Notes under the pieces: model-generated
What the model saw: only the letters and a program-made list of their open reading frames with translations
The model's database searches: none
What the model was told of the DNA's origin: nothing
Part shown: positions 1-9,526 of the stretch, one piece after another
Layout of the letters: every line of letters starts with the position of its first letter
How positions within the stretch are numbered: the stretch's first letter is position 1
Program-made: the position numbers and the translations under genes
IMG/VR virus record: IMGVR_UViG_3300045988_111196
DNA: 38,405 nucleotides
Direction: 5' to 3' (one strand)
Origin: a virus

Positions 1-99
1 AGAAATGGGAAAGTTTAACTGATGATAAGCTTTCGGAAGCAGAAAAACTTGCACGCATGACAAAGGAACAAAAAGAACAGTATTTACAGCAAAAAAAAG
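1..99. repeat. Terminal overlap: 99 nt identical to 38307..38405 (circular or terminally redundant contig)
   Basis: Base-by-base comparison of the two window ends (agaaatgggaaagtttaactgatg...cagcaaaaaaaag) shows an exact match. The reading frame is continuous across the join. Confidence 0.95.
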
Positions 100-434
100 A
101 AAAAGAAATCTCTGAGAGAGAAGCAGCAGTCACGAGAAAAGAATTGATGGCGGAGGCTAAAAACACATTATCGGAGAAGAAACTTCCCGCAAGCCTTGCA
201 GAGATTTTAGACTATTCAGATGCCGATGCATGCAACAAGTCAATTGAAACTATAAAAAAAGCATTTCAAAATGCAGTGGAAGCAGCAGTGGAAGAACGAT
301 TAAAGGGTGGAAAACCACCAAAGAGAGCAAATGGCAATGTGGCGTTTACGAAGGAACAGGTTTCGAAGATGACACCAGCAGAAATTAATAAAAATTGGGA
401 TTCGATCAACGAATCAATGAAAGAATGGAAATAA
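1..434 (+). CDS. Capsid scaffolding protein, C-terminal part (ORF starts at 38108 and continues across the circular junction)
   Basis: The frame of ORF 57..434 is open back to base 3 (KWESLTDDKLSEAEKLARMTKEQ), matching the translation at 38311..38405. It is a charged, coiled-coil K/E-rich protein directly upstream of the major capsid gene. Confidence 0.7.
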   Translation, partial: KWESLTDDKLSEAEKLARMTKEQKEQYLQQKKEKEISEREAAVTRKELMAEAKNTLSEKKLPASLAEILDYSDADACNKSIETIKKAFQNAVEAAVEERLKGGKPPKRANGNVAFTKEQVSKMTPAEINKNWDSINESMKEWK

Positions 435-453
435 GAAAGAGAGGTAATATAAT

Positions 454-1302
454 ATGTCAGTGAAAAATTTTATCCCAACAATTTGGAGCGCGCGACTTTT
501 AGCACATTTGGACAAGAGACATGTTTATTTGAATTTATTAAACAGAGATTATGAAGGGGAAATTAAAAATTATGGAGATACGGTAAAGGTAAATCAGATC
601 GGAGATGTAACAGTAAAAAATTACACAAAAGGAGAAGATATTGATGCGCCGGAGGATTTGAGTGGAGAGCAGCAGGTACTTACGATTGATCAGGCGAAAT
701 ATTTTAATATGTCTGTTGACGATGTGGACAACGCTCAAACAAATCCGAAGCTTATGGATGCGGCAATGCAGCGCGCGGCGTATGCAATGAATGACGTAGT
801 GGATCAATTTGCGGCAAATCTTCTTGCGGTAAATGTGCATGGAGATAATCAAATTGGAACGGATGATTCTCCAATTGTTATAACGGTAGATAATGCGTAT
901 GACCATCTAGTTGACTTAGGAACAAAACTTACGGAAGCAAATGTAACAACGGTTGGAAGATGGGCGGTAATTCCTGCATGGTTCCACGGACTTCTCCTGA
1001 AAGATAAACGCTTTGTTGGAAGTGGAACGGATTACAATAAAGCAATTTTGGAAGGCGGAGAAGTTGGACAGGCAGCGGGATTTACAATTTATGTATCTAA
1101 TAATGTGCCGAACGTAGAAAAAGCAAAATATAAGATTATCGCAGGAACAAATGAAGCCGGATCGTATGCAGAACAGATCTTAGAAACAGAGGCATACAGA
1201 CCGGAGAAACGATTTTCTGATGCGGTAAAAGGACTGCATGTATATGGGGCGAAAGTATTTCAAAGTAAATGTATTGCCGTATTAACAGCAAATTCAAAAT
1301 AA
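454..1302 (+). CDS. Major capsid protein (P22-coat-like / HK97-fold family)
   Basis: 282-aa ORF with an RBS (agagagg) 8 nt upstream. The N-terminal motif FIPTIWSARLL...LNRDYEGEIKNYGDTVKV is typical of Firmicutes phage coat proteins. It lies after the scaffold gene. Confidence 0.85.
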   Translation: MSVKNFIPTIWSARLLAHLDKRHVYLNLLNRDYEGEIKNYGDTVKVNQIGDVTVKNYTKGEDIDAPEDLSGEQQVLTIDQAKYFNMSVDDVDNAQTNPKLMDAAMQRAAYAMNDVVDQFAANLLAVNVHGDNQIGTDDSPIVITVDNAYDHLVDLGTKLTEANVTTVGRWAVIPAWFHGLLLKDKRFVGSGTDYNKAILEGGEVGQAAGFTIYVSNNVPNVEKAKYKIIAGTNEAGSYAEQILETEAYRPEKRFSDAVKGLHVYGAKVFQSKCIAVLTANSK

Positions 1303-1314
1303 GGAGGGGTAGAA

Positions 1315-1614
1315 ATGTCTTTTATATACAATAAAAAAAATAAAGTCCTAACAGAGTGTTTAAACGGAGATGTAATTAAATTGGCGAAAAAGGAACCCGG
1401 TCTCTATATCGTAAACGACGATAAGGAGAAGATCAAAAAGATTATTCAAATCGAAGAAGAGACAGAACATTGTGAAAATGAAACAGGAGAACAAAACGAT
1501 CTTTCGAAAATGAATGTAGGAGATCTTCGTGCGATTGCAAAAGAAAGAGGAGTACCGGGGTGTGATGCCTTGAAAAAAGAGGAACTTTTAAAGATTTTAG
1601 AAGGTGAGAACTAA
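1315..1614 (+). CDS. Small head-module protein with Rho-N/SAP-like C-terminal motif
   Basis: RBS aaggagg is present. The C-terminus LSKMNVGDLRAIAKERGVPGCDALKKEELLKILE resembles the Rho N-terminal/SAP helix-extended-helix motif. Confidence 0.5.
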   Translation: MSFIYNKKNKVLTECLNGDVIKLAKKEPGLYIVNDDKEKIKKIIQIEEETEHCENETGEQNDLSKMNVGDLRAIAKERGVPGCDALKKEELLKILEGEN

Positions 1615-1958
1615 TGCAAAGTGAGGAAAGTATTGCGAGATTGAAAAAACTCACCGGAGAAAGTAGCACTGATTTGATTGAGTTGCTCTTGGAAGATGCT
1701 GAAGAGTTTGTTTTGGCATACACAAACAGAACGTATATGATACCTGCATTAGAAAAGCCCAAGAGAGATCTAGCATTAATATCATATAATAGAATGGGAA
1801 CAGAAGGAGAAACAGGTAGAAGCGAAGCGGGAGAAAGTTATAGCTTTGATTCTGCGCCGAAGCATATATATGATATTTTAAAACGATACAGATTAGTGAG
1901 GTGTGGCGGTCGTGCGCATGAGAAGAAGCAGGATGCAACAGATTTATCTAAAAAATAA
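1614..1958 (+). CDS. Head-tail connector protein (gp6-like)
   Basis: ATGA-type start/stop overlap with the upstream gene. The LEDAEEFVLAYTNRTY...LISYNRMGTEG pattern is typical of Phage_connect_1 proteins. Confidence 0.65.
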   Translation: MQSEESIARLKKLTGESSTDLIELLLEDAEEFVLAYTNRTYMIPALEKPKRDLALISYNRMGTEGETGRSEAGESYSFDSAPKHIYDILKRYRLVRCGGRAHEKKQDATDLSKK

Positions 1959-2280
1959 AACTGTTGAAAAAGATGGAGAAGGCAGTCCAGTGATCATTTA
2001 TGGAGATGCGAAACGGATAGAAGGGGAAGTGTGGCCGGCTTCCGGGAAATTACAGGTGGAACAATATGGAAATCGAATAAATTATATTAAGAATTGCAAG
2101 GTGGAAGGAAAATACAAAATCATTGAGCAAGATGGAAAAATAATTTATCGATTCAATGGGTTTTCTTTGTGTGAAGGCGATGGAATCTGCCTGTATTCCG
2201 GAAAAGAAAAAGATCCGGATTATCAGATTATTTCTATAAAACCGTATCAGCCTATTTATATAGAGGTAGAGAAAATTTGA
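1903..2280 (+). CDS. Head closure / head-tail adaptor protein (start uncertain: GTG 1903, ATG 1918 or ATG 1933)
   Basis: Size and position lie between the connector and the gp10-like gene. The ORF overlaps the upstream gene. Confidence 0.5.
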   Translation: MAVVRMRRSRMQQIYLKNKTVEKDGEGSPVIIYGDAKRIEGEVWPASGKLQVEQYGNRINYIKNCKVEGKYKIIEQDGKIIYRFNGFSLCEGDGICLYSGKEKDPDYQIISIKPYQPIYIEVEKI

Positions 2281-2798
2281 GTGTAAGAGGTACGGATAAA
2301 TTATGTAGGCAGCTAAATGATTCAGCTAAAGCTATGCAAGATAGTCTTGTAAAAGGTATTTCAAACGCAACGAAAATGGTTCAAGCGAATGCAAAAATGT
2401 TAGCACCGACGGAAACAGGAAACCTAAAAAATAGGATTTTTGCAAAAACAGAAAAAATAGGCACTGGAGCAAGAGGAGTTGTTTATACCAACGAAGAATA
2501 TGGACCTTATGTGGAATTGGGAACGGGTCCAAAAGGAGCTCAAGAACATAGTGGAATATCTCCGAATGTAACACCTTCTTATGTGAATAGTCCTTGGTGG
2601 ATACATGAAAGTCAAATAGATATTGATTTGGCGGAAAAATACAATTGGTTTTCGATTGATACAAAAGATGGAAAATTTTATCAATGCACTGGACAACCGG
2701 CTCAACCATTTTTATATCCGGCGTTTGCAAATAATAAAGAAAAAATTGAGCATTTGATAAAGCTGGAAACAATGAACGGAGCGAAAAATGCGATATGA
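2277..2798 (+). CDS. HK97 gp10-family tail component
   Basis: Motif AKMLAPTETGNLKNRI...VVYTNEEYGPYVELGTGPKG is characteristic of the HK97 gp10 family. The TTG start overlaps the preceding stop. Confidence 0.7.
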   Translation: MSVRGTDKLCRQLNDSAKAMQDSLVKGISNATKMVQANAKMLAPTETGNLKNRIFAKTEKIGTGARGVVYTNEEYGPYVELGTGPKGAQEHSGISPNVTPSYVNSPWWIHESQIDIDLAEKYNWFSIDTKDGKFYQCTGQPAQPFLYPAFANNKEKIEHLIKLETMNGAKNAI

Positions 2799-3157
2799 TC
2801 AATATAAAGGATAAATTTTATTCAAAATTATTAGAGGTAAATGACAATGTATCGGATGTATATCCGAATGATTGGGCAAGGATGCCTGCAATCCAGTACA
2901 CAGAAGAAGAAAATTCCGTGTATGAAAAAACGGACAAAGAAGAAAAAAGCTATGTTCGATTCCGGATTGATATTTGGGATAATAAAAGCATTTCGAAAAT
3001 CGCGATTAAGATAGATGAAAAGATTTCGGAGTTAGGACTCGTAAGGACTGGATGCAGTGATATCTCAGAACAATCTGGAATGAGGCATAAGCAAATGCGT
3101 TATGAAGGAATCATTGATATTGATACAGAAATGGTGTACTGGAATGGAGGACGTTAA
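2795..3157 (+). CDS. Tail completion/terminator-like protein (hypothetical)
   Basis: ATGA overlap with the upstream gene. It sits directly before the major tail protein. Confidence 0.45.
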   Translation: MINIKDKFYSKLLEVNDNVSDVYPNDWARMPAIQYTEEENSVYEKTDKEEKSYVRFRIDIWDNKSISKIAIKIDEKISELGLVRTGCSDISEQSGMRHKQMRYEGIIDIDTEMVYWNGGR

Positions 3158-3177
3158 AGAAAGAGAGGTTGATAGCG

Positions 3178-3591
3178 ATGTTGGCGAATGGAGCAAAACT
3201 GGAGTTCAAGAAGAAAGGTGAAGAAACGTTTAAAAAGCTAAAGGGGTTAAAGGAAATTCCAGAAATGGGAGTAGAACCAGAAAAGATTGAGAATACGACC
3301 CTAGAAGATGAAGTAAAACAATACGAAAATGGAGTCGGGGATGCAGGAGATATGACGTATGTGTTTAAGTATTACAACACGGATGCAGAATCTCCATATC
3401 GGCTGTTAAGAGATGCTGAAAAAAACAAAGAGATTTTAAGTTTCAAGGAAACACTTAAAGATGGAACCACGACGGAATTTGATGCACAGGTAGCATTAAA
3501 AAGAACAGGTGGAGGAGTAAATGGAGTGATTGATTTGAATGTATCAATGTCTTTGCAATCAGGATTGAATATTACAGATCCAGATGCATAA
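3178..3591 (+). CDS. Major tail protein
   Basis: ATG 3178 lies 9 nt after RBS aagagagg (the ORF track starts at TTG 3169). The LEFKKKGEETFKKLKGLKEIPEMG...TTLED motif resembles the phi13/TP901-type major tail family. It precedes the chaperone pair. Confidence 0.75.
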   Translation: MLANGAKLEFKKKGEETFKKLKGLKEIPEMGVEPEKIENTTLEDEVKQYENGVGDAGDMTYVFKYYNTDAESPYRLLRDAEKNKEILSFKETLKDGTTTEFDAQVALKRTGGGVNGVIDLNVSMSLQSGLNITDPDA

Positions 3592-3616
3592 ATAAAAATA
3601 CAAGGAGAAATGAGAC

Positions 3617-4060
3617 ATGGAAAGTTTATCGGGATTTGACGAAGTAAAAGAAGATGAAGTAAAGAAAACAGAAGATATCGAAGGGAAAAAAGAAGTAAGA
3701 AAGCCATATGCGATTTGGGAGATTGCGGAAGGTAAGGAACTTCACTTAAAATTAACAACAAGCGTGATCTGTAAATTAGAAGACAAATACAGAAGGAATT
3801 TATTGCAAGTGATCACATCTGATGATGTTCCGCCGCTGGCGATTATGTTAACGATAATCCAAGCGGCTGCGCAAAAGTATCATCACAAGATAGATTTTAA
3901 AAAGGTTCAAAATCTATATGATAAATATGTAGAAAATGGTGGAAGCCAGATCAAACTATTATCGAGCGTTATAATGCCGATATTGTCTGTATCTGGTTTT
4001 TTTACGCAAAATCAGATGGAAGAGATTCAGGAAAAGATGGAGGATGCAGAAGAAATCTAA
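3617..4060 (+). CDS. Tail assembly chaperone (G-like, zero-frame product)
   Basis: Position between the major tail protein and the tape measure. The C-terminus is acidic. Confidence 0.7.
   Translation: MESLSGFDEVKEDEVKKTEDIEGKKEVRKPYAIWEIAEGKELHLKLTTSVICKLEDKYRRNLLQVITSDDVPPLAIMLTIIQAAAQKYHHKIDFKKVQNLYDKYVENGGSQIKLLSSVIMPILSVSGFFTQNQMEEIQEKMEDAEEI
3997..4003 (+). promoter_or_regulatory. Slippery heptamer T_TTT_TTT for -1 programmed frameshift (G to GT-like fusion)
   Basis: Zero-frame codons are GGT TTT TTT ACG. The -1 frame is open from 3925 through 4431. Confidence 0.65.
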
Positions 4061-4080
4061 CATCTGAATATATAACGGAA

Positions 4081-4431
4081 ATGTATTACAATGCATTGGA
4101 GTGCGATGTTCCGGCAGAAACTTTCTGGGGAAGTTCAATCAAGGAAGTCAACGACATGATATATGCTTATAATCGCAAAAAGAAAGAGAAAATCAAGGAA
4201 AAGATATCTATGCAATTTCTTCTTGCAGATTTAATAAGAGACAGAATGATTACACTCATTGATGATAAACAGAAAGAGATTGTAAGAGAGTGGGACGCTT
4301 TCCCGGAGCTGTTTGAAAAAGAAAAGGAAGAATATAAAAACAGAAGCGAGGAAAAACAATTCGAAGAGTATAAGAAAAGAAGAGCACAATATGCAATGGA
4401 ATACAATAAAAGAATGGGATATGAAGAATAG
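4081..4431 (+). CDS. Tail assembly chaperone -1 frame extension (T-like), probably expressed as a 3617..4003/4003..4431 fusion
   Basis: The ORF is in the -1 frame relative to 3617..4060 and overlaps it as an open frame from 3925. No convincing RBS precedes ATG 4081. Confidence 0.6.
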   Translation: MYYNALECDVPAETFWGSSIKEVNDMIYAYNRKKKEKIKEKISMQFLLADLIRDRMITLIDDKQKEIVREWDAFPELFEKEKEEYKNRSEEKQFEEYKKRRAQYAMEYNKRMGYEE

Positions 4432-4463
4432 TTACACCTATTCGTGCGGTGAGGAGGTGAGAA

Positions 4464-7106
4464 ATGAGTATTGAATTAGAAAAAATGCGTGTTGTAATAG
4501 AAGGAGACTCGAAGTCTTTTGCGGATGAAAGCAAGAAGGCAAAGACGGAAGCAAAATCGTTGGCTGACGCAGTAAAAAAGGAAATGAACCAAGTGAAAAA
4601 AGCAACTTCGAATTCAGCTAGTGATTCTGGAATGAAGGAATTTCAGAACATGAAAAATATGCTTAAAAGCATGGCAAAAGATATGAAAAGTCTAACTTTT
4701 TTTGGGAGAATTTCTGATGGTGTAAAAAGTTATGTAAAACAGGCGCAAATAGCAGCAGGAATCAAGGTAGAGACAGATGAATACAAGCGAAATGCAGAAG
4801 ACATAGAAAGAACAGAACGAGTGCTGAAAAGACTGCAGGAAAAGCAAAGAGATATGGATGCGACAGGCATTAAGAAAAGCAGTGAAGAATATAAGAAGCT
4901 GACGCAGGAAATCGAAAAGGCGAAAAAAGCACAGGAAAGCTATAGTGCTAATAGATTGAGAATGCAGGGACTTGGTAAAGACGTGCGTTACAATACAGGA
5001 AGTGCAATTGGGAATGTCGGCGGGTCTGCAGTTGCAACGGCAAAACGAATGAAAGAAAGTATAGGAAATGCTTTTGGAAATATACCGGTTGTTAGTAAAA
5101 CGGCAAGAATGGTATCAAAGACATTAGGTGGACTGTTTTCTACATTTAAAAAAATTACACCAGCGATGCGAAAGACATCTGGTACATTTGGCGCGTTGAT
5201 TCAAAAGTTCAAAACAGGAATCCCACTTCTTGGAAAAAGTAAAAAATCAATGGATGGAATGTCGAATGCGTCAAGAGGATTAGGCGGCGCATTAAGAACA
5301 TTGGGAACGACTGCGAAGTACATGTTTGCAAGCTTTGTTATATATGGCGCTTTAAATGGAATGAAGGAAGGGTTTAAAAACCTTGCGCAATATAGCGACA
5401 GTACAAACAATAGTATTTCGATGCTGATGTCTAGTTTGACACAATTGAAAAATAGTTTGGCAGCAGCATTTGCACCAATACTAGATGTCGTAGCTCCGAT
5501 ATTAAACACATTTATACAAAAGATTATCTCTGTAGCAAATGCAGTTGGCCAATTGATGGCTGCATTGACGGGAAAAGGAACATTTGTAAAGGCAAAAAAG
5601 GTTCAGCAAAATTACGCAGAGTCATTAAAAGATACGGCACAGACAGCGAAAAAGGCAGGAGAAGAAGCAAAGAGATCGGTGCTTGGATTCGATCAACTGA
5701 ATAAGCTGGATGATAATTCGAAAGAAAATTCAGGGAAACTTGATGGTGGTATTTCTCCAGGAGAAATGTTTGAAACGGTAGAAGTTGATAGCAAATTCAA
5801 AAGTATTGCAGAACGAATCAAAGAAGCGTGGAAAACGGCAGATTTTACAGAAATCGGGTCTATTGTAGGAGAAAAACTAAATGCTGCATTAAATAGTATT
5901 CCTTGGGGAAAAATACGAGAAACTGCATCAAAAATAGCAAAAAGCATTGCAACGTTCCTGAATGGATTCATCTCGACTACTGATTGGGAGTTGGTAGGAA
6001 GTACATTTGCAAACGGAATCAATACCGTAATTGATTTTGCATATGAATTTGTGACGACTTTTGAATGGAAAAAATTTGGAAGAGCAATTTCGGATTTTTT
6101 AAATGGAAGTATAAGAGAAATCGAATGGACAAAGGCTGCAGAAGGATTATCTGATGGAGTAAAAGGGATTCTTGATGCAATTATAGAATTCTTTGAAAAT
6201 ACAGATTGGGCAGAACTTGGAAGAAAAATCGCAGACTTCATAGGAACGATTGATTGGTCGGGAATTACACAGAGAGTATTCGAAGGAATTGGAGCAGCGC
6301 TTGGAGGTCTTGCGGCGTTCTTGTACGGATTAATTGAAGATGCTTGGACATCTGTTGTTGACTGGTGGAAAGAAACGGCGTATGAAGATGGGCAATTTAC
6401 GATAGAGGGGCTTCTAAAAGGAATTTGGGATGCAATGGCATCAATTGGGACATGGATTAAAGAAAATATTTTTGATCCATTCGTAAACGGGTTTAAAAAA
6501 GCATTTGGAATACATTCTCCGTCGAAAGTGATGCAAGAACAAGGAAATTATATTGTACAAGGCTTATTACAGGGATTGGAAGATAAGATTGTAGATGTTT
6601 TCAAATGGTGCGCAGAGCTGCCGCAGAAAATTAAAGATGCAATTGGAAGTCTATGGGATATAGGAAAAGATACAATTAAGTCATTCATAGATGGATTCTT
6701 ATCGATTGATATTCCAACGCCGCATTTTAAGAAGACTGGAAATGTGGAAATTGCAGGTATATCTACCCCGATTCCTAAAATTGGAGTCGAATGGTATGAA
6801 AAAGGAGGATTTCCAAGCACAGGAGAAATGTTTGTTGCGAGAGAAAGTGGACCGGAGCTTGTAGGGCGCATGGGAAATCGAAATGTTGTAGCTAATAACA
6901 ATCAAATTGTATCTGGTATTGCAGCAGGTGTTCAAAGTGCTGTTGCCGGGGCTTTCACAGATGTGGCGATGGCTTTTGGTGGAAATTCAACAGGTGCTCC
7001 GGTTGTGGAATTGACAATTATTTGTGATTCTGAAACATTGTATCAAACAGTAAAAAAGGGCAAAGAAAAGACAGATAGAAGATACAGCGTAGTAATACCT
7101 GTATAG
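4464..7106 (+). CDS. Tail tape measure protein
   Basis: 880 aa with a coiled-coil N-terminus, Gly/Ala-rich hydrophobic segments and a W/F periodic middle region. The RBS is gaggaggtg. It follows the chaperone pair. Confidence 0.9.
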   Translation: MSIELEKMRVVIEGDSKSFADESKKAKTEAKSLADAVKKEMNQVKKATSNSASDSGMKEFQNMKNMLKSMAKDMKSLTFFGRISDGVKSYVKQAQIAAGIKVETDEYKRNAEDIERTERVLKRLQEKQRDMDATGIKKSSEEYKKLTQEIEKAKKAQESYSANRLRMQGLGKDVRYNTGSAIGNVGGSAVATAKRMKESIGNAFGNIPVVSKTARMVSKTLGGLFSTFKKITPAMRKTSGTFGALIQKFKTGIPLLGKSKKSMDGMSNASRGLGGALRTLGTTAKYMFASFVIYGALNGMKEGFKNLAQYSDSTNNSISMLMSSLTQLKNSLAAAFAPILDVVAPILNTFIQKIISVANAVGQLMAALTGKGTFVKAKKVQQNYAESLKDTAQTAKKAGEEAKRSVLGFDQLNKLDDNSKENSGKLDGGISPGEMFETVEVDSKFKSIAERIKEAWKTADFTEIGSIVGEKLNAALNSIPWGKIRETASKIAKSIATFLNGFISTTDWELVGSTFANGINTVIDFAYEFVTTFEWKKFGRAISDFLNGSIREIEWTKAAEGLSDGVKGILDAIIEFFENTDWAELGRKIADFIGTIDWSGITQRVFEGIGAALGGLAAFLYGLIEDAWTSVVDWWKETAYEDGQFTIEGLLKGIWDAMASIGTWIKENIFDPFVNGFKKAFGIHSPSKVMQEQGNYIVQGLLQGLEDKIVDVFKWCAELPQKIKDAIGSLWDIGKDTIKSFIDGFLSIDIPTPHFKKTGNVEIAGISTPIPKIGVEWYEKGGFPSTGEMFVARESGPELVGRMGNRNVVANNNQIVSGIAAGVQSAVAGAFTDVAMAFGGNSTGAPVVELTIICDSETLYQTVKKGKEKTDRRYSVVIPV

Positions 7107-7120
7107 CAAGAGGTGATAAA

Positions 7121-7477
7121 ATGTCGATGATTTCAGTAGATGGGGTGGCGGTAAAAACGCCATCCTCTTTTAGTTGGGGATTGCAAGATATCTCGGACAG
7201 TGCAGCAGGACGAACGCAGGATACGGTTATGCACAAAAACAGAGTTGGACAAAAAAGAAAGATTTCTCTTTCGTGGAAAGGGCTGACAAGAGAAGAAACT
7301 TCAAAAGTATTGAAAGCATTTAATCCGGAGTATATAAAAGTTACTTATCCGGATGCCATGAGTGGAACTGATGAAACAAGAACTTTTTACGTGGGAGACA
7401 GGTCAGCCCCTGTGAAAATATGGACGATAGGAAACAAAAGATATGAAAGTGTATCTTTTGATTTGATAGAGAGGTAG
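7121..7477 (+). CDS. Short distal-tail (Dit-position) protein
   Basis: 118-aa ORF directly after the tape measure and before the Tal-like protein. The assignment rests on synteny only. Confidence 0.45.
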   Translation: MSMISVDGVAVKTPSSFSWGLQDISDSAAGRTQDTVMHKNRVGQKRKISLSWKGLTREETSKVLKAFNPEYIKVTYPDAMSGTDETRTFYVGDRSAPVKIWTIGNKRYESVSFDLIER

Positions 7478-7481
7478 TGCG

Positions 7482-9512
7482 ATGATTAATGTTTCAAATG
7501 AATTCAAGCAAAAAATGGAATCAGATAAAAGAAATTTTCTTATATATCTTGATATTACGCTGAAAGATGGAACGAAGATAGAAGCATTAGATAACTCTGA
7601 CTTATGGGAAAACGGACTGAAAATTTCTGATGGAGTGACAGCGAGCAATCAATTCACGGTTGGAAGTTGCATCATAAATAAACTGACAGTAACGCTGAAC
7701 AATATTTATGATAAGTTTTCGGAGTATGATTTTGACGGTGCTGTTGTCACCGTGCATCTTGGATTGAAATTAGATAGTGGGAAAATCGAGAAAATAAGAA
7801 AAGGCGTTTTTATTGTGGATGAACCTAGCTATAATGGGACAACAATTACGCTGGAATGTCTTGATTATATGTCGAAGTTTGATGTGGATTACAAGGAAGT
7901 GAAAACTCCGTATCCAGCAACATTAGGAGAGATTGTGAGAGATATTTGCAATTATTGTGGTGTGCAATTAAATACACCTGCATTTAGCAATTACAATCTT
8001 GAAATAAAAGAACGACCGGAAGACGAGGCGTTGACTTGTAGACAGGTACTTGCTTATGCTGCACAACTATCTTGTGGGTTTGCAAGATGTGATACTTATG
8101 GAAGGTTGGAAATCAGATGGTTTGAACAAACGATTTTTGAAAAGAATGATAATCTTGACGGTGGTATATTTGATGATGGAACCCCACAGTATACGTCAGG
8201 AGATCAAGCGGATGGTGGAAACTTTGATGATTATTCGAGTGGCGTGAGTGCAGATGGTGGCACGTTTGACGATTTAGACTTTTATCACCATTTATATTCT
8301 TTGAACGGATTCAGTGTGTGTACGGATGATGTAGTAATAACCGGAGTAAGCGTAACAGAAGAATTTGCGGAAACAGAAAAAGAAAAAAAGAATACGGTTC
8401 TAAATGGGACAGAAGGTTATGTACTTTCTATTTCGGGGAACAAATTTATTCAAAAGGGCGATGCCGAAAAGATTGCATCGTATTTGGGAAGTAAACTGAT
8501 AGGATTAAGATTCCGTCCAATGTCTACGCAGGCACTCTCAGACCCAACGATTGAGGCGGGAGACTTAGCATATGTGACTGATCGTAAACAGAATACATAC
8601 CATTGTTTTATTACGAATCTCACTTTTAATTTGGGTGGATTTATGAGTGTGTCTTGTGATGCAGAAACACCGTCTAAAAATAGTGCGAAGGGATATACAG
8701 AGATGACGCAGGCGATTATAGCAGCTCGAAAAAACGCACAGGCGCAAATCTCAGAGTATGATTTGGCGGTGCAGGCGCTTACAAATCTTATCACTCAGTC
8801 TTTTGGTGTCTACAAAACCGCAGAGGAATTAGAGGACGGTTCGATCATTTATTACATGCATGACAAGCCAACATTAGAGGAATCTATGACTATATGGAAA
8901 ATGACAGCTAATGCATTTGCCGTGTCTACGGATGGTGGAAAAACTTGGAATGCCGGGATGGATTCTTCCGGAAATGCAGTTGTAAATGTACTTTCTGCAA
9001 TTGGGATTAATTGTGATTGGATCCATGCTGGAACACTTACTCTCGGCGGATATAATAACCAGAATGGGAAGATGACCATTCAGGATGCGTCAGGAAATGA
9101 AATTGGCAGATGGGATAGCAAAGGGGTTAGTGCAAGTGGAAGATTTGAGAGTAAAAACACATTGGATGGAAGCTCTGTTATTGTAGAAAACGGTTATATA
9201 TATATCAAAAACAAAGCGGGAAAAGTAACGGGTGCAATTTCGTACATCAATGGTGGAATTACGATAGATGTGTTAGTAGGCAGTAACCCACCTAGATTAA
9301 CTCTTTCGGAGAATGGGAATATTATGTTGGTTAATGGTAGGGGCAAAGGTTCTTGTTCAATCGGTGGTGGAGAATTTTTATCGTTAAGTGCTGATAATAT
9401 TTCTATCAGCGGGGGAAAAACAGGAACAGCAGAATTCAGTGATGGAAGTTATCTACAGTTCAAAAGTGGAATCCTTGTTGGAGGAAGAACAGCATCAGGC
9501 AGTACTTTTTAG
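7482..9512 (+). CDS. Tail-associated (Tal-like) minor structural protein / prophage tail endopeptidase family
   Basis: 676 aa. The N-terminus NEFKQKMESDKRNFLIYLDITLKDGT...FTVGSCIINKLTVTLNN is typical of the N-terminal region of phage minor structural proteins. Synteny supports the call. Confidence 0.75.
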   Translation: MINVSNEFKQKMESDKRNFLIYLDITLKDGTKIEALDNSDLWENGLKISDGVTASNQFTVGSCIINKLTVTLNNIYDKFSEYDFDGAVVTVHLGLKLDSGKIEKIRKGVFIVDEPSYNGTTITLECLDYMSKFDVDYKEVKTPYPATLGEIVRDICNYCGVQLNTPAFSNYNLEIKERPEDEALTCRQVLAYAAQLSCGFARCDTYGRLEIRWFEQTIFEKNDNLDGGIFDDGTPQYTSGDQADGGNFDDYSSGVSADGGTFDDLDFYHHLYSLNGFSVCTDDVVITGVSVTEEFAETEKEKKNTVLNGTEGYVLSISGNKFIQKGDAEKIASYLGSKLIGLRFRPMSTQALSDPTIEAGDLAYVTDRKQNTYHCFITNLTFNLGGFMSVSCDAETPSKNSAKGYTEMTQAIIAARKNAQAQISEYDLAVQALTNLITQSFGVYKTAEELEDGSIIYYMHDKPTLEESMTIWKMTANAFAVSTDGGKTWNAGMDSSGNAVVNVLSAIGINCDWIHAGTLTLGGYNNQNGKMTIQDASGNEIGRWDSKGVSASGRFESKNTLDGSSVIVENGYIYIKNKAGKVTGAISYINGGITIDVLVGSNPPRLTLSENGNIMLVNGRGKGSCSIGGGEFLSLSADNISISGGKTGTAEFSDGSYLQFKSGILVGGRTASGSTF

Positions 9513-9526
9513 AGAGGAGGAAACAA

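Noticed and set aside
538-6241. Minus-strand ORFs overlapping structural genes (e.g. 538-906, 1442-1762, 1651-1938, 2332-2802, 3372-3761, 4167-4534, 5201-5509, 5693-6241)
   Set aside because: All are antisense to well-supported plus-strand genes. They lack RBSs and give low-complexity translations.
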